The position numbers were made by a program, and so were the translations under genes. A DNA stretch of 64,000 nucleotides from Truepera sp. (GTDB taxonomy: Bacteria > Deinococcota > Deinococci > Deinococcales > Trueperaceae): NCBI GenBank assembly GCA_965218435.1, contig CBDCKW010000009.1:3392001-3456000 (forward strand), in the 5' to 3' direction. The notes beneath the pieces are model-generated. The model ran no database searches, had not been told where the DNA came from, and saw nothing but the letters and a program-made list of their open reading frames with translations. Positions 20,962-29,843 of the stretch are shown here, piece by piece (the stretch's first letter is position 1; each line of letters begins with the position of its first letter).

Positions 20962-23091
20962 ATAAAACGTCTTCCCCTGCTCGGCGTGTTCACGAAGCAG
21001 CGCCGCAGGCTTAAACCGTGGGCCGAAGTGACGCTCTAACCCTTCTAGTTTCTCCAATAAAACGGATGCACCGATAGCGTCGGTGTACCAAAACGGCCCC
21101 CCCAAAAAGGGCGGAAAGCCGAGGCCGAACACTGCACCGACATCGCCATCTCGAGCGGAGCGCAGCACACCTTCTTCCAAACACAACACGGCCTCGTTGA
21201 CCATCATCAGCTCGAGCCGATCTTGAATCTCTTGCTTGGGCGCGTCTCGCTTCTTGTCCCCGATGAGGCGCGTCAGTTCGTCGTTAACCTCTTTTTCACC
21301 TTTGCCCTCGCCGTAGACGTAAAAGCCCTTGCCGTTTTTACGCCCTAAAAAGCCCGCTTCGACAAGTTGTTCGCCCTTGCTGCTGAGCGTGATGCCCCGC
21401 GCCGCAAACGGCTCTTTTAAGACCTTGTTGATCTTCGCCCCCACGTCAATGCCGACTTCATCCAAAAGTGTAATCGGCCCGACCGGAAAGCCGAAGTCGC
21501 GCATCGCCCGGTCAATCTCGCGGACGCCGACGCCCTCTTCGACCATTACGAGCGCCTCGTTCATGTATAACGATACGATCCGCGTCGTATAAAACCCCGG
21601 CGCGTCGCCGACGATGATCGGCGTTTTGCCCTGAGCACGGCCCGTAGCAAAAGCGGTCGCTAAAACCCACTCCGGGTTCTGATCGGTGGCGATAATTTCT
21701 AAGAGCGGCAGTTTGGGAACGGGGGAGAAGTAGTGCATCCCGACAACCTGCTCGGGACGGCTCGAGGCGCTCGCAATCTCATGAATGGGGATAGACGAGG
21801 TGTTCGAGGCGAAAACTAAATCTTCTTTTGCCACGGCTTCAACGTCTCTGACGACTTGTTGCTTGAGGGCAACGTCTTCTAACACAGCTTCGATGACCAA
21901 ATCTGCGTCCTTAAGCGCACCGTAATCCTCGACGGGTTCGATGTGGGCGTCAATCAGGTCGCGTTCAAAGCTGCTGCGGCCCTTGCCGACGCGCTTGGTC
22001 AGGTCTTTCCAGATAGTACCTTTGCCCTTCGCGGCAATCTCGAGCGTCCGGTCTTTGAGGAAAACCTGCTGCCCGCCCTCGGCGCTCACCTGCGCGATGC
22101 CTGAGCCCATCAGCCCCGCGCCCAACACACCGACGGTATGAACGTCCTTTGCTGCGCCCTTAAACGGATTTTTCTCCGTGGCAGATTTGGCAAAAAAGAG
22201 GTGGATAAGCGCCTTCGACTGTGGGGTAAAGACCAGCTCGGCGAAGTTTTGAGCTTCAGCTTCCAACCCCGCCTGCATCCCCTGCTCTTGCCCGGTACGG
22301 ACGGTTTCGATAATTTTGGCAGGTGCGGGGTAGTTGCCGCGGGTTTTTTTCTGTACCGTTTCTTCAGCCTGGTTGTAAACGACGCGGCTGAGCAGGGTGC
22401 GTTCTAAAACGGCGCTCGTCACCCGGCTGCGGAGGTCGCGTTTGGGAGCGCGGCGTTCTACGTTTCCGTCTACCAAGCCCTTGGCCGCCACCTTACCCGC
22501 TTCTAACAGCCCTTGCGGATGGATAAGCGCGTCAACCAAGCCCATCTTTAGGGCAGGTTTGGCGTAGATAGATTTGCCGGTTAAGGCCATCTCGAGCCCC
22601 TGCTGCAAGCCGACGAGTTGCGGGAGTCGCTGCGTGCCGCCGAGCCCCGGCAACAGTCCTAAATTGACCTCGGGCAGCGCAAATTTGGTCTTCGGATGCT
22701 GCGTGGCGAGGCGGTAGTGACACGCTAAGATGAGTTCTAAACCTCCGCCGACCGCTGCGCCGTGAACAGCGGCGACCACAGGTTTGGAGAGCCTCTCGAG
22801 CCTCCCCAAGAGCGCGTGCCCCTCATGGATCAGTGCCGTCACCTGCGCAGGCGTTTCAAAGGTCAGAAACTCCTTGATGTCTGCGCCGACGACAAACGAG
22901 TCTTGTTTGCGGCTGATTAAAACAGCACTTTTCACCGTAGGATTTCGCTCAATGCTATCTAAAACCTCACCGAACTCGCGTAAGGCGGCGGTCTCGAGCG
23001 TATTGACCCGGCTATCTTGCTGGTCAAAAAAGATAACGGCCACGTCGTCTGCGGTTTCACCGGTTGAAATTTCTAGGTCGAAAAAAGCCAC
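20914..23091 (-). CDS. fadJ: Fatty-acid oxidation complex alpha subunit (enoyl-CoA hydratase / 3-hydroxyacyl-CoA dehydrogenase)
   Basis: LPEVNLGLLPGLGGTQRLP, GAGLMGSGIA, ASNTSSIPI, GMHYFSPV, GFPPFLGGPF; GTG start overlaps the fadI TAG; C-terminus runs into the IS end. Confidence 0.9.
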   Translation of the reverse strand: MAFFDLEISTGETADDVAVIFFDQQDSRVNTLETAALREFGEVLDSIERNPTVKSAVLISRKQDSFVVGADIKEFLTFETPAQVTALIHEGHALLGRLERLSKPVVAAVHGAAVGGGLELILACHYRLATQHPKTKFALPEVNLGLLPGLGGTQRLPQLVGLQQGLEMALTGKSIYAKPALKMGLVDALIHPQGLLEAGKVAAKGLVDGNVERRAPKRDLRSRVTSAVLERTLLSRVVYNQAEETVQKKTRGNYPAPAKIIETVRTGQEQGMQAGLEAEAQNFAELVFTPQSKALIHLFFAKSATEKNPFKGAAKDVHTVGVLGAGLMGSGIAQVSAEGGQQVFLKDRTLEIAAKGKGTIWKDLTKRVGKGRSSFERDLIDAHIEPVEDYGALKDADLVIEAVLEDVALKQQVVRDVEAVAKEDLVFASNTSSIPIHEIASASSRPEQVVGMHYFSPVPKLPLLEIIATDQNPEWVLATAFATGRAQGKTPIIVGDAPGFYTTRIVSLYMNEALVMVEEGVGVREIDRAMRDFGFPVGPITLLDEVGIDVGAKINKVLKEPFAARGITLSSKGEQLVEAGFLGRKNGKGFYVYGEGKGEKEVNDELTRLIGDKKRDAPKQEIQDRLELMMVNEAVLCLEEGVLRSARDGDVGAVFGLGFPPFLGGPFWYTDAIGASVLLEKLEGLERHFGPRFKPAALLREHAEQGKTFYFHAPGLKPSPIGEQL

Positions 23092-24380
23092 TATGCGTCC
23101 CCCCTGCGTTCTAAGAGCATCGCGTGACCGAGCCCACCCGCCGCGCACGCTGTGACGAGCGCCAGTTGACCGTCTTCGTCATGCAGCCGCTCTGCGGCCA
23201 TCGTCAGCAAACGGGTGCCGGTTGCGCCGAATGGGTGTCCGAGCGAGAGCGAGCCGCCCCAGAGGTTGAGTTTGTTCATGTCTACCTCGCCGACACGTTG
23301 CTTCCGGCCCAACCGTTTTTTGGCAAACGCGTCCGATTCTATCGCTCGCAGCACTGCCAACACCTGACCGGCGAACGCTTCGTGCAGTTCAATCACGTCT
23401 ACGTCACCCAGCGTGACGCCTGCTCGGTCTAACACCTGCGGCGTGGCGTAAGCCGGACCTAACAGAAGTTCTTCGCCGGGGTCTTGAGCGACAAAGGTAT
23501 ACGCGCCTAACTGCGCCATTGGGGTCAAACCTTGCGCTTTCGCCGCCTCTTCTTCCATCAGCAGCACAGCTGACGCGCCGTCCGTTAGGGGTGACGAATT
23601 GCCCGCTGTGACCGTGCCGAACGGTTTGACGAACACGGGTTTTAGGGACGCGAGTTTTTCGGGGCTCGAGTCCGCCCGAACCGTGTTGTCATCTGTGAGC
23701 AAGCCGAACTTCGGCGGGACGGCGGTCGGCATCACGTCCTCGAGTTTGCCCGCCTCGGTCGCCGCCGCCGCCAGCCGGTGCGAGCGCAGCGCGTAATCAT
23801 CTTGCTCCTGCCGCAAGACTCCGAACGCCGCCGCGAGTTTGTCGGCGCTCTCACCCATCGTTTCACCCGTCGAGTATTCAGCCACTTTGGGCGCTTTCGG
23901 CAGCAGGTCGGATGGCGACAGTCCCTGTAAGAGCTTGCGGTACTCCAAAGGTGAACCATACTTTTGCGACTCGTAGAGGCGCTTTCTAACCTCTATAGGA
24001 AACTGCGGCGGCGTGTCGGATAAGACCTCGACGCCCCCGGCGATGGCGACGTCGGTTTGCCCGGAGCGGATGGCTTCAGCGGCGCTCACGACCGCTTGGT
24101 TCGCTGAAATACAGGCCATCGTCACGGTATGGGCGGGCGTCCGGTGCGAAAACCCGGCACCCAATGAGGCGTCACGCGCGACGTTGCTCGTCGAGACGTT
24201 TTGCACGACGTTGCCCATCACCACGAGGCCGATGTGCTCAGGCGTTAAGCCTGTTTTATCCAAGATGCCGCGCAGCGCCAGCCGCGCCAGATCGTACGAC
24301 GTCAGTCCCAGATAGTCCGTTCCGGAGCGGCGAAACGGTGTGCGGAGGCCCGCGATCAAAACGACTTTACGTTGCGTCAT
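23091..24380 (-). CDS. fadI: Acetyl-CoA C-acyltransferase (thiolase)
   Basis: TMACISAN, TAGNSSPLTDGAS, HEAFA, GHPFGATG, ACAAGGLG. Confidence 0.92.
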   Translation of the reverse strand: MTQRKVVLIAGLRTPFRRSGTDYLGLTSYDLARLALRGILDKTGLTPEHIGLVVMGNVVQNVSTSNVARDASLGAGFSHRTPAHTVTMACISANQAVVSAAEAIRSGQTDVAIAGGVEVLSDTPPQFPIEVRKRLYESQKYGSPLEYRKLLQGLSPSDLLPKAPKVAEYSTGETMGESADKLAAAFGVLRQEQDDYALRSHRLAAAATEAGKLEDVMPTAVPPKFGLLTDDNTVRADSSPEKLASLKPVFVKPFGTVTAGNSSPLTDGASAVLLMEEEAAKAQGLTPMAQLGAYTFVAQDPGEELLLGPAYATPQVLDRAGVTLGDVDVIELHEAFAGQVLAVLRAIESDAFAKKRLGRKQRVGEVDMNKLNLWGGSLSLGHPFGATGTRLLTMAAERLHDEDGQLALVTACAAGGLGHAMLLERRGDA

Positions 24381-24449
24381 GGCTTTACTTTACTCGCTGG
24401 CTAGAGAAAAAGCGTCGGCTGCTTCGTCATTCGTATAAAATAAGGTGCG

Positions 24450-25034
24450 TCAGCGGCCTGCTTCGACCCGGAGCCCGTCTTCGCCCAGGTAGGTCACCGC
24501 GGCTAGCGAAACGACTGGAACACGGAGGCTAGCGAGTGCTTGACGTCCCCCTTGAAAGGTCTTTTCTACGACGCAGCCGACCCCCAACAGTTCGGCCTCG
24601 CAGCGGCGAATCAGCTCAGCGAGCGCCAAAATCGTCTCGCCCGAGGCTAAAAAATCGTCTATCAGCAGGACCCGGTCGCCCGCCGTGACGTACTCGGGGG
24701 AGAGGTAGAGCGGCGTCACGCCGCCTTTGGTACGGCTGGGGGCACTCGCGCTGAGCGCGTCGGGCATCGTAACCGGGCGCTTTTTACGGGCGTAAACGAC
24801 TGGGACACCCAGCGCGACGCCGGTTGCCAGCGCGGGCGCGATGCCGCTCACCTCAGCGGTGACGACTTTGCTGACGTCCGTCACGCCTAGCGCAGCGAAG
24901 CGCTCAGCAAACGCTCGTCCTAGCTCGAGCGTCAAGTCGGGCTCGAGCCGGTGGTTGATAAACCCGTCAACTTTTAAGATATTGCCTTTTAGTGCCCGAC
25001 CTTCTGCAGCAATGCGCACAACCAAACGTTCCAT
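24450..25034 (-). CDS. xpt: Xanthine phosphoribosyltransferase
   Basis: ILKVDGFINH, TAEVSGIAPA, VLLIDDFLASG, VVEKTFQGGR. Confidence 0.9.
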   Translation of the reverse strand: MERLVVRIAAEGRALKGNILKVDGFINHRLEPDLTLELGRAFAERFAALGVTDVSKVVTAEVSGIAPALATGVALGVPVVYARKKRPVTMPDALSASAPSRTKGGVTPLYLSPEYVTAGDRVLLIDDFLASGETILALAELIRRCEAELLGVGCVVEKTFQGGRQALASLRVPVVSLAAVTYLGEDGLRVEAGR

Positions 25035-25419
25035 ACTCCCTAGCGTAACGGTTCAGTAACCCGGTTGGGTGGTCCTCGAGCCTTATTACCCAAACTCAGC
25101 ACAAACCCCTGTCTCCAAAATAGTGCATCCAGTAATCAAGCTAAACCCAGCTGGAAACGTCTTAATAAACGCTGTAATCAAAAACCTGCACAAGTTGCGT
25201 ATTTTCTACCAAACTGGTAGACTTAATGAATTCAACCGACCGGTAGCACTTTTCGGAAGGCTATGCTAGCATTGTGTCGGGCCGGACAGTTGGCCGGGTA
25301 CTAGTGCCCGGTATACTACCTCCAGCCGCACGAACGGTCCTCTACCGCGCACACGAGTCCCGCTTCGTTCAACCTACCTAAATCTGCGCGAACTTACCTA
25401 CCTATTAGGGGGAAACACA

Positions 25420-25590
25420 ATGAAAAAATTAGCTCTTCTTCTGTCCATCGGTGCTCTTCTTGCTTTCGGCGCAGCTCAAACCATGTCGGGTGGCATGATG
25501 TCGGGTGGCATGATGTCCGGCGGTATGATGTCCGGCGGTATGATGTCGGGTGGCATGATGTCCGGCGGTATGATGTCGGGTGGCATGTAA
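25420..25590 (+). CDS. Small secreted methionine-rich peptide, MKKLALLLSIGALLAFGAAQT(MSGGM)7; absent from the ORF track
   Basis: AGGGGGA RBS 6 nt before ATG, Sec-type signal peptide, seven 15-nt units differing only at synonymous sites, downstream terminator. Confidence 0.88.
   Translation: MKKLALLLSIGALLAFGAAQTMSGGMMSGGMMSGGMMSGGMMSGGMMSGGMMSGGM
25483..25587 (+). repeat. 7 x 15-bp coding tandem repeat
   Basis: Units ATGTCGGGTGGCATG (x4) and ATGTCCGGCGGTATG (x3). Confidence 0.97.
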
Positions 25591-25610
25591 GCCGGAGTAA
25601 CATCCGTTGG

Positions 25611-25640
25611 GGGGCGCTGGGTTACCGGCGTCCCTTTTTT
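25611..25640 (+). terminator. Rho-independent terminator after the Met-rich peptide
   Basis: GGGGCGCTGG-GTTA-CCGGCGTCCC stem followed by T6. Confidence 0.85.
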
Positions 25641-25780
25641 ATTGTCTAGTAGTTTACGAGGACCGGTTACCCAAGTAGTTGTTGCCACAAACACTGTTGC
25701 CAATGCCGTGACAGCCATGTACCGGCTGACACACCGGCGGTAGCTAGCCGAGCAGCGAGCACCTACGGTAAAGTGGCGGG

Positions 25781-26350
25781 GTGCCGAGTGGACGCGCCCA
25801 CGAATCAATCAACCTGCTGGTTTACGGGGCAGCCGCAGTCTTATACGCGTATGCACGGCAAGAAGGCTTAACAGCCGAGTTCGACACTGTTCTTGCACCG
25901 CAAACGCTTAAAACGTTTACCCTCAGCTACCTCGTCGGGACATTTCTGGTTACGCCGGACCTTGACCTGGCTGAAAACCGGGTGCAGGCGCGGAACAACT
26001 GGGGGCTGCTGGGGCTGCTCTGGGTTCCTTACGGCGCACTCTTTAGCCACCGCGGACTCTCACACACTTGGATTGTCGGGCCGCTGACGCGGCTACTCTA
26101 CCTTGCAGGTCTTGGTTTGGCGTTCTCATGGGCAGCGGCGCAGGTCGGGCCGTACTTCGGTTATGGGTTTTCGTTCTCCGCTAAGCTCTCGCAAAACTGG
26201 CCTGAGCTTGCCACTGGCGCGTTGGCAGGGTATTACCTGTCGCAGTGGCTACACTTGCTAGCTGACGGAATTCGCCCGGATCACGGGTTTAAGCGGAGTA
26301 GTAGAAACAAGCGCGGCTCGAGGCGCACCCCCAAACGCTCGAGACGCTAA
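25781..26350 (+). CDS. DUF2227-family putative metal-binding membrane protein
   Basis: MPSGRAH, PDLDL, HRGLSHT...G..TR..YL and WLHL.AD motifs; TAAAGT 6 nt before GTG. Confidence 0.8.
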   Translation: MPSGRAHESINLLVYGAAAVLYAYARQEGLTAEFDTVLAPQTLKTFTLSYLVGTFLVTPDLDLAENRVQARNNWGLLGLLWVPYGALFSHRGLSHTWIVGPLTRLLYLAGLGLAFSWAAAQVGPYFGYGFSFSAKLSQNWPELATGALAGYYLSQWLHLLADGIRPDHGFKRSSRNKRGSRRTPKRSRR

Positions 26351-26469
26351 CCTCTCAGTCTGGTTTGGACGCCTAAAGCAACGCTCGGAGTAACCGAGTG
26401 TAAAGTGCTTGAAGGTAAAGCGTTGGGCGCAAAGTCCCGGGTGCAAAGTGTCGCGTGGTATCTTGTGCC

Positions 26470-27594
26470 ATGACCCAAAAAATGACGACAAAATCCGCAT
26501 GGACGTCCCCAGTCGCCATCTTTACACTTTGTTTGTTTATACTGTGCGCGGCGCTCGGCTCGGCCTCGGCGCAAGCTGCCCCTAAAAGCTCGTGGACCTG
26601 CCCGGAAGGGTTTGCCGGACAAAAGCTCAACATCTACAACTGGACGAGTTACATCGCCGAGGACACGGTCCCTAACTTTGAAAAGCTCTGCGGGGTTAGC
26701 GTCACTTACGACACTTACCCGAGTGAAGATGACCTCTTGGCGCGGATTCGGCAAGGGAACCCCGGCTACGACATCATCGTTCCAAGCGGGGTCGTGACCT
26801 CTCCGCTGATTGCCGAAGGGCTGTTAGAGCCGCTCGACAAGTCGAAAATTCCCAACCTCGCCAACCTCAACACCTCGCTGTTAGACCAATCCTTTGACCC
26901 CGGTAACGAGTACACCCTGCCGTATCAGTGGGGGACGGTCGGCATCGGCTACAACAAAACCAAGGTCGGGGCCGAAGTGACCGGTTGGGCCGACCTGTTT
27001 GCGTACGACGGACCGGTGGCGTGGCTCGAGGACATTCGGGGCATGATGGGGACGGCTTTAGTCATGCTCGGCCTGGACCCCAATACCAAAAGTCCCGACG
27101 AAATCGCTCAGGCCCGCGATTACCTTGTAGATCACGGTAACAATGTCGTCTATATCGCCCAAGATGACGGTCAAGAGGTGCTTGCTCGGGGCGAAGCTGA
27201 TATGGTGATCGAGTATTCCGGTGACATCTTTCAGATCATGGACGAGTGCGGTTGCGACGACTACGCTTACGTGATTCCCAAAGAGGGCGCGTATTTTTGG
27301 GTGGACAATATAGCAATTCCGGTCGGGGCACCCAACAAGGCGCTCGCCGAGGTCTTTATTGACTACCTGCTCGACCCGCAGGTGGGCGCGGACCTGTCGA
27401 ACTACACCGCTTACGGGTCACCGAACCAGGCTGCCATCGACCAAGGGCTGATTGACCAAGACCTGCTAGACGACCCCGCCATCTATCCACCGGCTGACGT
27501 TGAGAAACGGCTCTACTCGATTGTCAACGACCCTGAGCTCGAGCGGCTCTACAACGACGCGTGGGACGAAGTAAAAATCTACGTCGGCGGTTAA
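26470..27594 (+). CDS. potD: Polyamine ABC transporter substrate-binding protein (PotD/PotF-like)
   Basis: Signal peptide; LNIYNW..YI, GYDIIVPS, PYQWGTVGIGYN, WVDNIAIP. Confidence 0.85.
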   Translation: MTQKMTTKSAWTSPVAIFTLCLFILCAALGSASAQAAPKSSWTCPEGFAGQKLNIYNWTSYIAEDTVPNFEKLCGVSVTYDTYPSEDDLLARIRQGNPGYDIIVPSGVVTSPLIAEGLLEPLDKSKIPNLANLNTSLLDQSFDPGNEYTLPYQWGTVGIGYNKTKVGAEVTGWADLFAYDGPVAWLEDIRGMMGTALVMLGLDPNTKSPDEIAQARDYLVDHGNNVVYIAQDDGQEVLARGEADMVIEYSGDIFQIMDECGCDDYAYVIPKEGAYFWVDNIAIPVGAPNKALAEVFIDYLLDPQVGADLSNYTAYGSPNQAAIDQGLIDQDLLDDPAIYPPADVEKRLYSIVNDPELERLYNDAWDEVKIYVGG

Positions 27595-27602
27595 GGTTAC
27601 GT

Positions 27603-28733
27603 GTGGCCGTACCCGCCCAAACCGTGACCAAGGTAGCCGCCGTCGAGCTGAGCGGCGTCAACAAAACCTATCTGGATTCGCGGAGCGGTAGCACCGTTCA
27701 GGCGCTGAACGACGTGTCGCTCACCATCCGCGAGGGTGAGTTCTTCGCGCTGTTGGGACCGTCAGGGTGCGGTAAAACGACGACACTCCGGTCTATCGCC
27801 GGATTCGAGCAACCCGACACCGGTACGATCCTGATTCGGGGACGAGCGGTGCAGGGGATTCCGCCGTTTCACCGCCCCGTCAATACGGTGTTTCAGGACT
27901 ACGCGCTCTTCCCACACATGAGCGTGCTACAAAACGTGATGTTCGGCCTCAAAATGGCGAAGGTACCCCGTCAAGAGGCTCGGCAGCGGGCGACGGACGC
28001 ACTAGAACTCGTCCAACTGCCTCAGGTGGCATCTCGGAAACCCTCACAGCTTTCGGGTGGGCAGCGGCAACGGGTCGCGCTCGCTCGAGCACTCGTCAAC
28101 GAACCCGCTGTTTTGCTGCTAGACGAACCGCTCGGCGCACTCGACCTTAAACTCCGCAAAGCGATGCAGCTCGAGCTCAAAGAACTGCAGACCCGCGTCG
28201 GCATCACCTTCGTCTTTGTCACCCACGACCAAGAAGAAGCCCTGACGATGGCTGACCGTATCGCGGTGATGGACGGCGGGCGTGTGCTCCAAGTCGGCCA
28301 ACCCGCCGAGATCTACGAACACCCCGCTGACCGTTTCGTCGCCAACTTCATCGGTGAAACGAACTTTCTTAACGGGACGCTTGTAGGGCGTAGCGGCGAA
28401 CTAGGTGACCTCAAACTCGCCGACGGGCGCGTGCTCTGTGTGCCGTTGGGTGGGCATGACCTTAAGCCAGGAGATTCCGTCACGCTCTCGGTACGGCCTG
28501 AACGGGTGAGGCTGGGGGCCAGTCACCTTACTCCGTCTGACTTAGCCCGAACCTACCTCACCGCCAAAATCGCCGAAGTTCACTACCTGGGAACCGACAC
28601 GCGCTACGACCTGGTGTCGGGTAGTACCTCCCTGACAGCGCGGCAGCAAAACGCTGAAGGTGAGGCAGCCTTCCGTGTCGGCGATGAGGTCACCGCGTCT
28701 TGGCGGACGCTGGGCGCGTCGCTCGTCCGCTAG
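27603..28733 (+). CDS. potA: Polyamine ABC transporter ATP-binding protein
   Basis: GPSGCGKTT, VFQDYALFPH, LSGGQRQRVALARAL, LLLDEP, C-terminal TOBE-like region; start inferred. Confidence 0.88.
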   Translation: MAVPAQTVTKVAAVELSGVNKTYLDSRSGSTVQALNDVSLTIREGEFFALLGPSGCGKTTTLRSIAGFEQPDTGTILIRGRAVQGIPPFHRPVNTVFQDYALFPHMSVLQNVMFGLKMAKVPRQEARQRATDALELVQLPQVASRKPSQLSGGQRQRVALARALVNEPAVLLLDEPLGALDLKLRKAMQLELKELQTRVGITFVFVTHDQEEALTMADRIAVMDGGRVLQVGQPAEIYEHPADRFVANFIGETNFLNGTLVGRSGELGDLKLADGRVLCVPLGGHDLKPGDSVTLSVRPERVRLGASHLTPSDLARTYLTAKIAEVHYLGTDTRYDLVSGSTSLTARQQNAEGEAAFRVGDEVTASWRTLGASLVR

Positions 28734-28742
28734 ACTGACAGT

Positions 28743-29843
28743 ATGACCCCAGCCCAAACTACCCGCCGCATCCGGGTGCTGACCCTTTCCGGTAGTCCTT
28801 TCGAGATAGGCTACGCGCACGGAGCCGCGCACAAAGACGCGATTCGCCACTTTGCCGACGAGCGGGTTCGGCTGAGCGGCGACCCACTCTGGACGGGCCG
28901 GACGCTTTCCCGAACCGAAGTTTTAGACCTCGCTGAAGCGTGCCTAACCGAACACGAACGCTACGCCCCCGAGCTGGTCGAAGAGTTGCGCGGGATGGCG
29001 GCGGCCACTGCCCTGACTTTGGCTGAACTTTTAATCGTCAACGGCTTTACCGATTTTATTGACACCGTGCATCACGTCGGTCCCGGCACTGTGCAACCCG
29101 CCGCGCCGGTTGGGGCGGACAACTGCACCGCGTTCTTGGTTCCCAACAGTCTTGCAAACGGCCAGGGCTTTTTCGGTCAAACCTGGGATATGCACGACAG
29201 CGCGACGCCGCACGTGATTTTGCTGCGTGGCGAGCCCGAAGCTGCCCCCGCATTTTTGTGCTTTACGACCGTCGGTTGTGTCGGGATGATTGGCATGAAC
29301 GAAGCCGGGGTTGCGGTCGGTATCAATAACTTGCTCGGCGCGGATGGACAGATTGGCGTCACGTGGCCGTTCGTCGTGCGGAAGATGCTGCAAGCTGAAA
29401 CGGCTGAGGCTGCCCTGGAAGCCCTCCAAAATGCGCCGCTTGCCGGAGCGCACAACTACCTCATCATGGACCGCGCCGGAACCGGCTACAACGTCGAGGC
29501 GAGTGCGACCGTAGAGCATGTGACGCCACTAGGGACCGAACCCGTCATCCACACCAATCACTGTCTGGTCGAGGCGACGAGACGCGCCGAACGTCCTCGA
29601 GACGCCTTTTCACTCAGCTCATCCGAAGCGCGAGCGGCGCAGGCTCAGGAGTTGCTCGGCGGCGAAGAGGTCACCATAGAAGATTTGCAAGAGCTAACCC
29701 GTGACGATATCATCTGTGTGCGCTCGGCCGCGCCCAAACACATCGAGACGTGCGGCGCGGCTATTATGCGGCCTGCGACCGGCGACTTTTGGATGGCGTG
29801 GGGGCGTCCGGCGGAGCATCCGTATGAGCACTTCCGCCTCTGA
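28743..29843 (+). CDS. Peptidase C45 / acyltransferase (Ntn-hydrolase)
   Basis: G...EIGYAHG, NCTAF autoprocessing Cys, GQTWD, GMNEAG, HTNH. Confidence 0.85.
   Translation: MTPAQTTRRIRVLTLSGSPFEIGYAHGAAHKDAIRHFADERVRLSGDPLWTGRTLSRTEVLDLAEACLTEHERYAPELVEELRGMAAATALTLAELLIVNGFTDFIDTVHHVGPGTVQPAAPVGADNCTAFLVPNSLANGQGFFGQTWDMHDSATPHVILLRGEPEAAPAFLCFTTVGCVGMIGMNEAGVAVGINNLLGADGQIGVTWPFVVRKMLQAETAEAALEALQNAPLAGAHNYLIMDRAGTGYNVEASATVEHVTPLGTEPVIHTNHCLVEATRRAERPRDAFSLSSSEARAAQAQELLGGEEVTIEDLQELTRDDIICVRSAAPKHIETCGAAIMRPATGDFWMAWGRPAEHPYEHFRL

Noticed and set aside
25190..25225. Purine riboswitch upstream of xpt (TTTCTACC)
   Set aside because: The motif is on the wrong strand, other conserved elements are missing, and xpt looks leaderless
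25483..25587. Repeat array as a CRISPR
   Set aside because: Contiguous 15-bp units with no spacers and no cas genes
25394..25808. Minus-strand ORFs with PPDIM / TSCHP repeats
   Set aside because: Shadows of the + strand MSGGM gene, which has the RBS, signal peptide, terminator and synonymous-only variation
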